Assembly (NCBI GenBank): GCA_051294375.1
Contig: JBJCIZ010000035.1
Coordinates: 1 to 64,000 of the forward strand
Direction of reading: 5' to 3'
DNA from: Paraspadella gotoi
Lineage: Eukaryota; Animalia; Chaetognatha
Length of the DNA: 64,000 nucleotides
Positions 35,516 through 49,786 of the stretch are shown in pieces (position 1 is the first letter of the stretch; the number at the start of each line of letters is the position of its first letter). The position numbers and the translations under genes are program-made. The notes under the pieces are model-generated. The model ran no database searches, was not told the origin of the DNA, and saw only the letters and a list, made by a program, of their open reading frames with translations.

Positions 35516-37736
35516 TACTTTTCAAAAAATCTTGCAGATATGATCACTAGGGTGAAGTGAGGTTTGGAATCAAATTTATCAGTTATATCTTGAAAACTAT
35601 TATATTAGTGAATAATAATCTATAGTTATTTTTTCTTTTTTTTATAATATAGTTAGCCCAGGCAGCTAATTTTGTATATAATGTATATTTATATATATAT
35701 ATATATTATTATTATATATTATATTATATTATATTATATATATTATTATTTATATATTTTATATATAATGTCAAAATTCAAAATGGTTTTTTTTTAATTC
35801 TGAGACAGCAGATTCATATTCTTGTTTAAAAGTTGTTAAAAGAAAATAAAATCTTTTTAAAAATTATGTCATTAAGTAGGTTAAAATTATAAAAAAGTTT
35901 GAGCAACACAATGTCGGATCTGCCTACAATAATTAAGCGGTTGTAGAAGGCGATAATAGTAGGTAATCAGATGATAAATCACATTTTTTTAAATATTTTT
36001 TTCAACTGCCATCATTTTTTCAACTCGCATCATTTTTTCCACCACATCATTTTTTCAACTACATCATTTTTTCAATTTGCATCATTTTTACAATTACATC
36101 ATTTTTTAACTTGCATCATTTTTTTTTAACTTGAGCCATTTTTATGATCATTTTTTAGTTCTGAATCATCGGAGAAAAAAAACTAGTCTGCAGCTGGCTC
36201 TGCAGGGCTCTTTCTTTTTTGTCTCTTTTCTCCTGCTGCTTCTACTTACTGCCTTTTGATTTTTTTTGATTTTTTTCTGGCTTTCCTCTGCTGCTGCCGC
36301 TCTCTCTATCTCTCTCTCTCTGCGTTTTTTATTAAAAAAAATTGATTAGGATTGAACTCATAAAAATGAAGCATCGCATTCGTGCATTTATCATTTTCTA
36401 TCGTTTTATCTCTCTCTCTCACTCTCTCTCTCTATGCAATTCGCGACGATCCTTCATGCTTTTAAGATTTTTTCAACTTGCATCATTTTTTCAACTTGCA
36501 TAATTTTTTTAATTGCATCATTTTTCACATTAATTAATTATTAAAAACATTAAGTAATCAAAAATAATAAAGATTCAGTAAATGTGACTTATGTTTTTTT
36601 CCATTTAAACTCATTTCCACTGGCACAATTCAGTCAAAACTTTATATCTCGCTTCTTCACACACTTTCCTACCCGCTTACAAAATTTCATCTTAATCTAT
36701 TATGGGTTAAAATAAGTAAAAAGATTCAAGTAAAATTTCCGGGTCCAATCAGAGAACACGAGAATTTCTGAGATGTTGCAAAGCTGGAGGATCGAGTATT
36801 TATTGTCTGGGTGAATATAAAAGAAAGGATCGAAGGGGAGAAAAGTAAAAAAGAAAAATTTGAAATTTTTTTTTATGTGAGAATTTCAAAATTCTTGTTG
36901 ACCACTTGCAAAATTTTCCATGAGAATTTTTACTCTTTACTCTAATTTCTACAAAAAATTTGTAAAGAAAGAAAAGAAGAAAATAGTAGAAAAATTCGAA
37001 ATTTTCCGTCGTCTTGTCAGCAGAAAATTGAATTTTCTCAGCTGTAGCCAGAACGAGAATGACCTGCTGTCCTTTGGTAGGATAATAACTTTTTTTTTCG
37101 CCCGCAAAGATTAAAACTCGTATATGTCTAGATCACATTCTTTTCTCCAAAGAATTTTTTGTAGAATTCGGAAAAGAGTGAAAAATTCAACGGAAATTTA
37201 CAAAGTGGTCAAGGAGAATTTCGAGCTCTCACGCTTCGGCCACAAAGAAGTTAAGGAAATAACTACAAATAATTACAACAATCATTACAAATTTTCCGTC
37301 TTTTCTACAATTTTTTTCTAGAATCCGGAGTGAAGAGCAAAGTTTTAGCCGGAAAATTTGCAACTCGCTCAAGGAGAATTTCGAAATTCTCACAGCCAGA
37401 CCACATAAAGAAACTAAAGGACTAACATATAACTATCTACTTCACAAATCTTTTCTAAAACTCTGAGTCTAGCTCGAACTTCTGGCCGGAAAATTTCCAC
37501 CTGGTCGAGGAGAATTTCGAAACTCCCACGGACTACCCCTTCACTACGGACACTAACATATATTACTGGTCAATTCTGCTCTAACAAAAGTAATATTGAT
37601 TAACCTGGTCTCATATACTACGTGACGTGTGGATAGACCGTCTCGGAGAAAAGAAGAGAGGGAAGGGTTTAGAGAGAGAGAACGGTGGTAAGTCGCCTCA
37701 ATCTTTAATTAATAGTTATTTCATTTCTTAAATAAG

Positions 37737-39730
37737 GCGCAGCAGCGAATAAACCAAAAAAGAAGAAGAAGAATACAAGCGCGTGTGTATCAAATGCGTC
37801 AAGTTTTACGCGACTACGAAAACGTCGTGCCTTGTCAGGGAGCGGCGTCGGTTTAACACTACGAAATCGTAGACGCTGATCCAATCGCCGACATTCGGAC
37901 GATAGGCACAGCAACGTTTGGACCTCAGGTGGTAGGCTTCATCCTCTATCTTTACTACTGCATTTTTTGGAGATTGCATAAGGTCGACTCACTTTGACGC
38001 TGATGACGCCATCTATCTTTAACCAAAATTGGCGATTCTGTTGTTGCAATGATTGTTTATTGTTTATTTATGATTGTTGGTAAAATCGATTGTAAACCAC
38101 TTGCTTGTTAATAGATAAACCTTACTGAATAATCAAAGCATATACAGTAGGCCTTAGGCAAATTTATAGCTTTTTTACAGAATTTAGCACTATAGTACAA
38201 ATTAGTTCCTATATGCTACTTAGTTTTTTCTATCTTTTGTTGTTTTAAAATCGATCAATAAGTGCTTGCAAAAATTTGCAAAAAAATTTAAATGATAGAT
38301 AACTTAAAAAATATCAGTCGGAATCAATTAACTTCAACTTGAAAGAGCGGACAAAATACTTCATTTTACATATTTTATTTTTAAAACCAAAAAATACTTT
38401 TCCAAATTTCCAATTATAGATGTTTAAAAAAATTTCAGCATCTTTACATTTTTTATTTTCCTTAACTTGAAATAATGTAAAATAAGGTATAAAACAGAAT
38501 AAATCCACTAGAGTAAACTTTTGGGCTTTCTATTCTATTTTTTCTATTAAAAAAAATTTTAAAAATATTTATTTATTACTTTTTGTGTGTGTGCTTACAA
38601 TTGAATGGTTATACATCTATCATTCTAAAATTTTAGCCTATTATATACTTATACTATATATAGAGCAACTGGTGCCCTTAATGTATGAAATTAAAAATAA
38701 ATATACAAAGTATTTTTAATGTTTTATGTTCATGTTTTTATGCTAAATTTTAATTTCTAAAATTTCATCATTTTCACATCACTCTAAATAAATAGTTTTT
38801 TTAGTGCGGATCTGCTTTCAGCAGATCCCGACTCTAAAGTGATCACTTTGTCGGTCCGTCGGTCCGCCCCTCATTTGTCGGCATTTACTTATTCATGTCA
38901 GAACATCAAATTATGATATATTATCCAAAAAAACGATGTCCGGGTCCGTCCATCCGTCTGGCCGTCCACCTTAGTAAAAAAAACACAAGATGTATTAACT
39001 TAATCAATAATTAAAATAGTCAATTAATTAATACAATAATTGATTAATCAGTTTAATTAATCAATCAAAACAACGCATTTTGGATGCAAATTAATTGCAT
39101 AATTAATTAAATAATTAAACTTGAATAAATTAATTATTAATTAATTAAATAATTATTTATTTATTAATTAATTAATTAATTATTAATTACCGATAATGAT
39201 TGTGGGACAGATCGACATTGTTTGCTCAAACTTGTACTTTAAATTCATATTTAACATTGAAAAAATCTGCATGTGTTGGCAAATGATAGCGTTTTTTTAC
39301 CGGCTCTTGTAAACTTGTATTGTGTATTCATACATAAAATTAAAAAGCTTATCTTTATGTTGTTGTTACACACCTTTTGACAACAGGCACAGGACGCGTG
39401 GTAGTTGTCGCCGTGGGTATCAATTTGTTGAACTCTGGTGGAAAACTTGCAGCGTGGTTTTTAAACTGGGAGTCACGTCCATGTGCTCAGAGGCCGTACA
39501 TTCACTCGCTGACAACCTGCAACGCAGGTCTGCTTAATTTTACCTAGATAAATTGCTCCTCTCGCTACGGAAGAATTTTAACTCATTTTGTTTGATCAGC
39601 TGATACTGCGGTCGGTCTTCCAGTCGCTCAAGCAGCCGACTGGCAGCATCCTTATGGCTACGTCAACATGCGCTACGTTAGCTGTCTCATCAGTGAGTGG
39701 GGATATTTTGCGTCGGCGCGGGACTTAGTG
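37737..39730 (+). pseudogene. SLC30A9: Frameshifted duplicates of SLC30A9 exons (37737-37928, 39387-39527, about 39600-39730)
   Basis: Copies of 28397-30422 carrying many 1-bp indels. Confidence 0.75.
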
Positions 39731-42700
39731 GTCAGTTTCAATCACAAGCGATCAGATGATAGCTTGTGCGTCAATCAAAAAGTTGTAAAATTTTTTTTCT
39801 TTGGGCTTGTGCGAAATTTTTTAAATTTCTGTTCCTTATGCTTGTTGCTCGTCATTATACTTTTACAATTTACAATATTATTATTTAGTGTAAAAAGCTT
39901 AATTTGATTATCCAAATTTTCATAAAAGTCTTAAATAAATTCATTGTATGATTATGAAAATTATAGTTTATTTGATAGACATAATGAGACCCTTTCTCTT
40001 CAGCTTATCAAAGTTTAGTCAGGTTAACCTTTCTTTCTATGATTTTATCTCTTCTTTGTGCCGTCGTCGTTATTACGGTTATAATTTTTTGTCGAATCTG
40101 CTTATCAGCGATCCGACTCTATAATCACTTTGTCAGTCCGCGGTCGCCCCTCAAGTATTGTGCGCGGCACTAACTTATATCATGTCAGAACATCGAATTA
40201 TGATAAATTATGCAAATAAAATGATGTCCGTCCGTCTCTCTCTGTCTGTCCGCTCCGTCCGTCCATCACACCTGAGCAAAAAACACCTACTCGTGATGGA
40301 TGGATGGATTTGAATAAAATTTTGAGTGTGGGTAGGATGTGTGTGATTGAGTTGGATATGAAGTTTCGATGGAATCGTCCAAGTGGAAATGAGTTTAAAT
40401 GAAAAAAGAACAAAAAAAATATGTTTCACTATTTGAACACCAATTGCTCATAAGTGAATGGGGAGATTGACCTGGAATTTTTGTATGTGGGTAGGAAAGT
40501 TGTGATTGAACAGGAAATCAATTTTTGATGGAATCGTTTGAGTGGAAATGAGTTTAATGGAAAAAAAAAACCTGTTTCATTAATTGATTATGTTCTTTTT
40601 CTTTTATATTAATGTATATGCAGGATGTATTAATATAAAATAATTAATTAGTTAATTGTTGCGATTGCGAATGAAATTTTGTGTGTGGGTAGGTAAGGGT
40701 GTGATAAAAGCTGGATATAAAGTTTTGATGGAATCGAGTGAGTGGAAATGAGTTTAAATGGAGAAAACATAGTGCATTTACTAAATCTTTTTCTTATTTT
40801 AACCATAATAGATTGAGATAAAATTTTGTGAGCGGGTAGGAAAGCTCTGAAATGGGCTAGATATAAAGTTTTGACGGAATTGTGCCAGTGAAATGAGTTT
40901 AAATCGGAAAAAACATAAGTCCCATTTACTTGAATCTTTATTATTTATGATTACTAATAATGTTTTAATTATGGCAAATTAAAAAAATATGCAAAAAATC
41001 TTAAAAGCATATTGATCGTCGCAATCCTAATGCAGAAGCAGCAGGAGAGAAGCGATAAAAAGAAAGAGCGCCCTTCGGAGCAAGCTGCAGACTCTGTTTT
41101 TTTCCCTGCATGAATCACCGCTAAAATGATCCATAAAATGATGCAAGTAAAATGATGCAAGTTAAAAAATGATGCCAAGTTAAAAAAAATGATGAGAATT
41201 GTAAAAAAAGATGCAAATTTGAAAAATATGCGTGTTGAAAAAATGATGCGTGTTTGAAAAATGATGCGTGTTGAAAAAAATGATGTGTTGAAAAACTGAT
41301 CCTGTTGAAAAAATGCATGCAAGTTGAAAAATGATTGTGGGGCATCCGACATTGTTTGCTTCAAACTGTTATATAAAAAAACTACTACGAATTACAATTG
41401 ATTTTTAAAAAAATACTTGAATCAATATGAAACGTGATTTAAAAGATCTTGATGATGAGAAGCTATATCTAAATTTTATTAGAAATAAAATACATACTTA
41501 CAACTTCCATTGTAAACATTGTAACAATTTTTTTTGTCTTTATTTTTTAATTATTAATTGAATCTGCTTCAGCAGATCCTGACTCTATAATTCACTTGTC
41601 TGGTCCATCGGTCCGCCCCCTCACTATTGTCGGGCACTCATATCATGTCAGAACATCGAATTATGATAAATTATGCCAAAAAAAACAATGCCGTCTAGGG
41701 TTCCGATAACCGTTAATTTTTGAGGAAATTCGCTTAACCGTTAAAACTAATATTTTTAACGTTAACCGGTTAAATCGCGCTTATTTATAATTTACTTTAA
41801 AATATTATTATTTAAATCAAACTAAGTATTTAATGGTATTTTATCTTTAACTCTTGCATACCTGAATCTGTTTTATCCCTTTTATTTCAGATAGATAGGT
41901 ACACATTTTAGTTAGTAAATTAAAATTAGTTTGAATCTACTATGATAATTTAGCTAATCAGATAATGCATCGTGATAAATCTTACTTACAAAACTTTTTC
42001 TTTTGCCTCATAGCATATAAAAATGTAATAAAAGGACGAAGAAAGCAAAAACCACAATGTAATTCTATTCTATGCTTTGTTTTTTCTTTGTCTACTCTCT
42101 TTTTCTTACATTATATGTCTTCAATTAATTCTTTCTAGTTGTTTAGTTTTCTTAGAACGCTTGTTTCTTAATTTTATTTTTTCAATAAGCCCATAACCAT
42201 AAATATAAATTATGAATATAATTTTTTTGATTGAAATGTTTGATTGATCGATTGATCAAATGATTTATTGATTATTCAAATATTTTTTCTAGTTTTATTA
42301 AAAACATATATCATGATTGAAGGATAGTTTTCAGTTAGCCATTGTTAGATTAGTTCCTTTTATTATTAAATTTTTTATATTACATTTATTTTTATTTGGT
42401 TTTTTCTTAATAATTTTTTTCAATTCATTTTAGTTTTATTTCATTTGCTTCTTTGTTTGTTTTAAAGGGTAGAAACAAAAAATAACCAAAATAGCGATAT
42501 ATTATTTTTATATAAGAATTAATTTGCAAGAAAATGTTTACAACTATTTGCATGTGATATATATTATATTTCAATATATTCTTTATATAAATGCATAAAT
42601 TAATTGTAAGGAAAACTTTAAAAAAATTGGGAGAAAAATAAGTAAGAAAAAAAAAACACTGGAGGGGAAGAAACAAAAATGGAAAAGGCAGAAGAGAGGT

Positions 42701-44114
42701 GAAAAAAATATGGGTGAGAAAAGGAGGGGAGAATAAGAGAGGACAGAAAAAAATATTTTTCTTTTAAAAAATCAAAGATTTTATACAAATAAAAACAATC
42801 ATATTTAAAAATTAACCGAATTTACCCGTTAAATAAATATATATAACGGTTAGGTTACAAAAATTATTTTTAACGCGTTAATAACCGTTAACTGTTACAC
42901 GGTTTCGTACGCCTAGTCGCGTCCGTTGTCGTCCTCTGTCCACCAATAGCAAAAAACACCAATTACTCGTGAACTTGGATGGATGAATTGGAATGAAATT
43001 TTGTGTGTGGGTAGGGAAGTGTGTGATTGAGTTGTATAGTAAAGGTTTCGATGGAAATGTCCTGAGTGAAATAGTTTAAATGGAAAAAATTACAATTACT
43101 ACATGAGTGGATTAACTTGAAATTTGTATTTGGGTAGAAAGAGTATGTGATTAAACTGGAAATCAAGTTTTCGATGGAATCGTTTAGAGTGGAAAAAACA
43201 AACCTGTTTCACTAATTGATTATGCTTCTTTTTCCTTTCATATTAAAATGTAAATGCAAGGATGTAATTAATAATCAAATAATATAATGCAATTATTCAA
43301 TTAATTAATCAATCAAGTCAATTGTTATCGACCCATTATTCTCGTCATTGCTTTTAATCGTGGTTAGTGACGAAAAGACCTAAAAACAAACAATTTGGGA
43401 TCAAATTAATTAATTAATTGCCTAATTAAATAATTAACTTGAATTATTTAAATTATTAATGAATTTAATTACCGATAATGATCGTGGGGCAGATCCGACA
43501 TTGTTTGCTCAAAACTTGTATATATATCTCTCTTTTTTTTCTCAGTCGCTGCTTGCTTCTGATTCGTCTAAAAACGAGTTCAGCTCCTGCAGAGGCTGAA
43601 CTTCTCTCTCTCTCTTTTTCTGCTCTCACTCAAACACACACATTTGTTTGTTTCTATTTACGATGAGGACTCAATTGCGTCAATGAATAACTCATCATGG
43701 ATGCAATCATTGTTTATCATACAGCATCAAATTATTGGTTATAAACATCAATTTATTGGTTATCGGTTATCATCGCATCCATATTTGGTTTATCATCACA
43801 TCAATAATCATTAACTATTACATCAATCATTACTATTATACTCATCAATCAATTACTATTACAATCAAATCAATCAATTAACTATTATTAATAATGCATA
43901 AAAAAATATCATCAGATACCCGACTCTATAATCACACTTTGTCGGTCCCGTCGGTCCGCCCTCTCAATCTTGTTGGTCATTATAAAGGAATAGGCCTCTG
44001 TCTCTCCGTCTTTCCTCCCCTTCGTCTTCTCGCTTTCTTCTCCCTCGTCTTCATCAGTTTAAAAATTTTTCTTATTGTTATACATTACACAATGTAAAGA
44101 TTTTGCACTGTTTT

Positions 44115-44152
<38 letters not shown>

Positions 44153-44327
44153 TTTTTCACCATTTCACTTCTTTTCACAACTTACTCTGTCTTTTTTCTC
44201 AAACTTCAGCCTGTCCTCACCAATTGACCACTGTCCTTTCTAAACTCTGTGTTGGAAACTTTGCCCTCTCTCTCATCTCTGTTTATCTCTCTTTCTCTCT
44301 TCCTTTACACAAAAAATATTTTCAAAG

Positions 44328-44381
44328 TTCACTAACGCTGATGAAGGCTTGAAATGAAGCGGAAACATGTCTGTTTTTGAA
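44328..44381 (+). ncRNA. Duplicate of the hammerhead at 34959 (AAGCG instead of AAGCC in stem II)
   Basis: Same sequence inside the duplicated block. Confidence 0.55.
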
Positions 44382-44469
44382 TTAAATAAAATCGTTGTCA
44401 AAACTAAACTCAAACTGTCTCTAATCGTCCCAAACAACGAAAAAGAAAGGATTAATATCACAATGACAA

Positions 44470-46790
44470 AGTTTACAAAATTATGCAAGTTGACCAAATT
44501 AATGCAAGTTGACCAAATTAATGCAAGTTGACCAAATTATGCAAGTTGACCAAATTATGCAAGTTGACAAGTTACTGCCGGTTGACCAAATTATGCCAGT
44601 TGACCAAATTATGCCAGTTGACCAAAACTATGCAAGTTGACCAAATTATGCCAGTTGACCAAACTATGCAAGTTGACCAAACTATGCAAGTTGACCAAAC
44701 TATGCAAGTTGACCAAAACTATGTAAGTTGACCAAAACTATGAAAGTGGACCAAATTATGCAAGTTGACCAAATTATGCAAGTTGACCAAATTATCCCAG
44801 TTGACCAAATTATGACAAGTTGACCAAATTATCCCAGTTGACAAAATTATCCCAGTTGACAAAATTGAACCCAGTTAACAAAATTATGCAAAGTGACCAA
44901 ATTAATGCAAAGGTGACCAAATTATGCAAAGTGACCAAATTATGCAAAGTGACCAAATTATGCAAAGTGACCAAAATTTGCCAAAGTTGACCAATTTGTT
45001 TTGGCAAGTTGACCAAATTTGGCAATTTCTTTTGGCAAGTTGACCAATTTTTTTGGCAAGTTGACCAATTTTTTTGGCAAGTTGACACAATTTTTTTTTG
45101 CAAGTTGACCAAGTTTTTTTTGGCTAAGTTGACCAATTTTTTTGGCAAGTTGACCAATTTTTTTTGGCAATTGTTGACCAATTTTTTTTGGGCAAGTTGA
45201 CCAATTTTTTTGGCAAGTTGACCAATTTTTTTGGCAAGTTGACCAATTTTTTGCCAAATTGACCAATTTTTTTGGCAAGTTGACCAATTGTTTTTTGGCA
45301 AGTTGACCAATTTTTTTTGGCAAGTTGAACCAATTTTTTTTGGCAAGTTGACCAATTTTTTTGGCAAGTTGACCAATTTTTTTGGGCAAGTTGACCCAAT
45401 TTTTTTGGCAAGTTGACCAATTTTTTTGGCAAGTTGACCAAATTTTTTTGGCAAGTTGACCAATTTTTTTGGCAAGTTGACCAATTTTTTTGGCAAGTTG
45501 ACCAATTTTTTTGGCAAGTTGACAATTTTTTTGGCAAGTTGACCAATTTTTTGGCAAGTTGACCAATTTTTTTGGCAAGTTGACCAATTTTTTTTGGCAA
45601 GTTGACCAATTTTTTTGGCAAGTTGACCAATTTTTTTGGCAAGTTGACCAATTTTTTTGGCAAGTTGACCAATTTTTTTGGCAAGTTGACCAATTTTTGA
45701 TTTTTTTTGGCAAGTTGACCAATTTTTTGGCAAGTTGACCAATTTTTTTGGCAAGTTGACCAATTTTTTTGGCAAGTTGACAATTTTTTTGGCAAGTTGA
45801 CCAATTTTTTGGCAAGTTGACCAATTTTTTTGGCAAGTTGACCAATTTTTTTGGCAAGTTGACCAATTTTTTTGGCAAGTTGACCAATTTTTTTGGCAAG
45901 TTGACCAATTTTTTTGGCAAGTTGACCAATTTTTTTGGCAAGTTGACCAATTTTTTTGGCAAGTTGACCAATTTTTTTGGCAAGTTGACCAATTTTTTTG
46001 GCAAGTTGACCAATTTTTTTGGCAAGTTGACCAATTTTTTTGGCAAGTTGACCAATTTTTTTTGGCAAGTTGACCAATTTTTTTGGCAAGTTGACCAATT
46101 TTTTTGGCAAGTTTGACCAATTTTTTTGGCAAGTTGACCAATTTTTTTGGCAAGTTGACCAATTTTTTTGGCAAGTTGACCAATTTTTTTGGCAAGTTGA
46201 CCAATTTTTTGTTGCATTTTGCAAGTGACCAATTTTTTTGGCAAGTTGACCAATTTTTTTTGGCAAGTTGACCAATTTTTTGAATTACCATTTTTGGCAA
46301 GTTGACCAATTTTTTTGTGACCATTTTGGCAAGTTGACCAATTTTTTTGGCAAGCTGACCAATTTTTTTGGGCAAGTTGACAATTTTTTTTGGCAAGTTG
46401 ACCAAAATTTTTTTGGCTAAAGTTGACCAAATTTTTTTGGCAAGTTGACCAAATTTTTTTGGCNNNNNNNNNNNNNNNNNNNNNNNNNAAGTTGACCAAT
46501 TTTTTTTGCAAGTTGACCAATTTTTTTGCCAGTTGACCAAATTTTGCAAGTTAACTAAATTTTGAAAATTGACCAAATTTTGCAAATTGACCAAATTTTG
46601 CAAATTGACCAAATTTTGCAAATTGACCAAATTTTGCAAATTGACCAAATTTTGCAAATTTTGCAAATTGACCAAATTTTGCAAATTGACCAAATTTTGC
46701 AAATTGACCAAATTTTGCAAATTGACCAAATTTTGCAAATTGACCAAATTATGCAAATTGACCAAATTATGCCAGTTGACCAAATTATGA
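44470..46790. repeat. Compound 18/21-bp minisatellite
   Basis: Zones: CAAGTTGACCAAATTATG (44470-44970), GGCAAGTTGACCAATTTTTTT (45000-46520), CAAATTGACCAAATTTTG (46530-46790); 25-N gap at 46464-46488. Confidence 0.95.
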
Positions 46791-47451
46791 CTGAGAAAAA
46801 TGCTGTCTCTTCTCCCTTTCTCTCCCTCGTTCCCTCAAATTCTTAGTAAGCGAGTTTTACCAGTCATTTTAGTCTGGCCGGTCCACATTTTCACCCTATT
46901 TTATTAGTCGATTTTTGGAAGGAAATAAGAATATTTTTCAGTCTTATTTTTAGAATCAATTAGAAACGTCTGCCTGTCTTTGAATCTCGTTTTTACGGGT
47001 TTTTGGTGTGATAAACCATTAAAGTTTCTCGTTCAAGAGAAAAACGTCATATTACTCAAAACCCACTGTGAAAAGGTTTCTTCCTTTCACGCCAGCAGAA
47101 ACTAGCATTCGTCGTCCGCTTGGAATGTCCTAACATAGGCTCCAAATATTTTTTATTTTCTAGAAACTTTATTATCAAATTTATTCTATGGAAACTTGGA
47201 AAAACAGGGTTTCCAAAGCGGGTGGACATTTCAACTGAAACAATTTCCAAATATTTCTCTTACTTTGAGAATGGTCTTATAAGGTCACTAAAAATTGGCC
47301 TAACGGCTGAAACAAGCAGAAATGGTCAACGGTAACACGAGGGATTGAAGAGAGAGAAAGAGTTAAAATAATACTATTCTCAAGAGTCAGAAACGGGAGA
47401 CGTTTGGATGCCGTATCCGCTAGCGAGAAAACAAACATTTCTCACAATGAC

Positions 47452-48070
47452 ATTTGACCAAATTATGTCAGTTGACCCAGTTATGCATGATGACCCAATT
47501 ATGCCAATTGACCAAATTATGCCAATCGACCAAATTATGCAAGTTGACCAAATTATGCAAGTTGACCAAATTATGCAAGTTGACCAAATTATGCAAGTTG
47601 ACCAAATTATGCAAGTTGACCAAATTATGCAAGTTGACCAAATTATGCAAGTTGACCAAATTATGCAAGTTGACCAAATTATGCAAGTTGACCAAATTAT
47701 GCAAGTTGACCAAATTATGCAAGTTGACCAAATTATGCAAGTTGACCAAATTATGCAAGTTGACCAAATTATGCAAGTTGACCAAATTATGCAAGTTGAC
47801 CAAATTATGCAAGTTGACCAAATTTTGCAATTTGACCAAATTATGCAAGTTGGTATTGGTGAAGCTACTGGTTCATTGATAGATTAATTTATTCATAGAT
47901 TTTTTCTTAGATTTATGAAGAAATATGTTATGATTGGTTATGTTATCATTTGTTATAATCTGTTAAGATCACAAATTGAGAGTCAGAAAGAATTATTGTG
48001 ATTTATCATCGGATTAGCTGATAACCACTAAATTATCATAGGCAGATCCGACATTGTTTGCTTAAACTTT
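47452..48070 (+). repeat. Homogeneous 18-bp array followed by a HINE A 3' end
   Basis: (CAAGTTGACCAAATTATG)n at 47452-47851, then ggcagatccgacattgtttgcttaaac at about 48041. Confidence 0.85.
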
Positions 48071-49280
48071 TTTTTATTTAGCTCAATGTAAACGTAGTGA
48101 GAGGGAAAAGGAAAGAGAGAACAACAAAAGGAGAAGGGGAGAGAATGAAAGAGGGGGCAAAAGCCAAAAAAAAGAAGGCAAATAGGGAAAAATAGTGAGA
48201 CAAATGTAAGGTAGTAAAAGACGTGAAGATTCTTATGAGGAATTCAATCTTTTAAAATATTTTCTTTTTTGGCATGTGAATAAACAAGTTTTAGCAAACA
48301 AAGTCGAATCTGCCTACGATAATTTAGTGGTAATAAGCTAATCCGATGATAAATCCCGATAATTTTTTTGACTTTCAATTTGTGATCTTAACATTGTAAC
48401 ATAAAAAATCATAACAGACTTCTTTATAAATCTATGAAAAAGTCTATAAATCTATCAATCTATCAATCATTACCAGTAGCCTCGCCAATACCAGCTTGCA
48501 TAATAGAGTGATGTGAAAATAATAAAATTCTATAGAATTAAAATTTAGCAAATAGAACATGAAAATAAAAACCAATAAAGATACTTTGATAAATTTATTT
48601 TTGAATTTTATACATTAGTGGGCACCAGTGAGCTATATATGTGGATGGCATGGAATAAAATCACTTTGAGTGTCGTAACGCCATCTAACGTGAAGAAAGT
48701 CCACGAACGAATTGAGGACCGCCTGGAGTCGACGAGAGAGTTGGGAAGTCGGCTTGAAGGCGTCGGAGAGACTCGAGAGGGTCGTGGGTTGACTTTAGGC
48801 CACGAGGGAAGTGGACAAGGTCGATTCGAATGAAACCGGAAGTGGTGTTGGCGCTGACGCTCGTGGCGCAGATTAAAGTTTATTAATCTTGGTTAAAAAG
48901 TCATATAACCAATTTGCTTGGTTAATCAAGTAAAAGGAAACCTTAATAAAATAATCAAAGCATATAGATATTCCTCTGCTTTTGCCAGCAAGCAATAGAA
49001 ACATCTATATACAATCAATAAGTGCAATCAGTTAATTAATTAATTAATAACGAATTAGTAACACAATAATAATTAATAACGAGTTGGTTTTTTCAGGAGT
49101 TGTTAATTGAGTTTTGATTTAAAATGGAGGATGAATTCATTTGTAAACAAAACAACTCGAATCAATCAGAATCAATCCAAATCGGATTGTTCTTATGTTT
49201 ACTATAAGTAAAAGATTAAACAATAAACATGAACAATAAAAAGCTTACAAGGAAGATTCTGATGAAATATCTTTCAATAC

Positions 49281-49356
49281 CTATGTGGCGATATCGGTTG
49301 AGCCTAATAACGTGGACGAGGCGTCCCGGGATCGAGACCGGATCGCTGCGCTTTTT
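49281..49356 (+). mobile_element. tRNA-like SINE head (diverged)
   Basis: A-box-like TGGCGATATCGG, B-box-like GGATCGAGACC, then a T-run. Confidence 0.45.
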
Positions 49357-49657
49357 AATTATTTTATATTTAATTACAAATCGATTTAAAGTATGAATAA
49401 GAGTTTCGAAAAAGATTGTATATCGATCAGAGTTGGTTGAAAATAATAATTGATCGATTGAGGACAGCACATCTGGGGATCAAATCCACATATATATAAT
49501 AATAAGTATATAATAGGCTAAAATATAAAAAAAGTGAAAAACTAAGACTTTTTAATTGAATGTTTTGCAAAAAACATTTATAGAAATTGAATTTAAAATA
49601 TAATAAATGGTAAAAACTTATCTCTGACATTGTACGATTTATATGTTTTACATGCAG

Positions 49658-49786
49658 GTACCACGGAATTAGCGGATTAATAAACCCACCGGAGGCGCTA
49701 CAGTCCTTTTTTTGGGCTTACGTCGTTTTAGGGGCGACTTTCTTATCAGAAGGAACCACCCTCATTATGTCCATCCAAGAAATTAG
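49658..49786 (+). CDS. SLC30A9: Zinc transporter 9 exon (TM4)
   Basis: (W)YHGISGLINPPEALQSFFWAYVVLGATFLSEGTTLIMSIQEI(R); phase 2 matches the exon ending at 30422; absent from the ORF track. Confidence 0.93.

Larger units (their letters stand above)
26196..44960. repeat. ~9.3-kb near-identical tandem duplication (26196-35515 vs 35518-44960)
   Basis: Colinear; second copy rich in single-base indels; junction falls at the 18-bp array. Confidence 0.9.

Noticed and set aside
44470-47851. Possible CRISPR array
   Set aside because: Head-to-tail repeats with no unique spacers, no cas genes, eukaryotic context
44528-47887. Long ORFs (657, 520, 383, 159 aa and others) with LVNLPKK / QVDQIM repeats
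   Set aside because: They arise from 18- and 21-bp tandem units, multiples of three, that stay open in several frames on both strands
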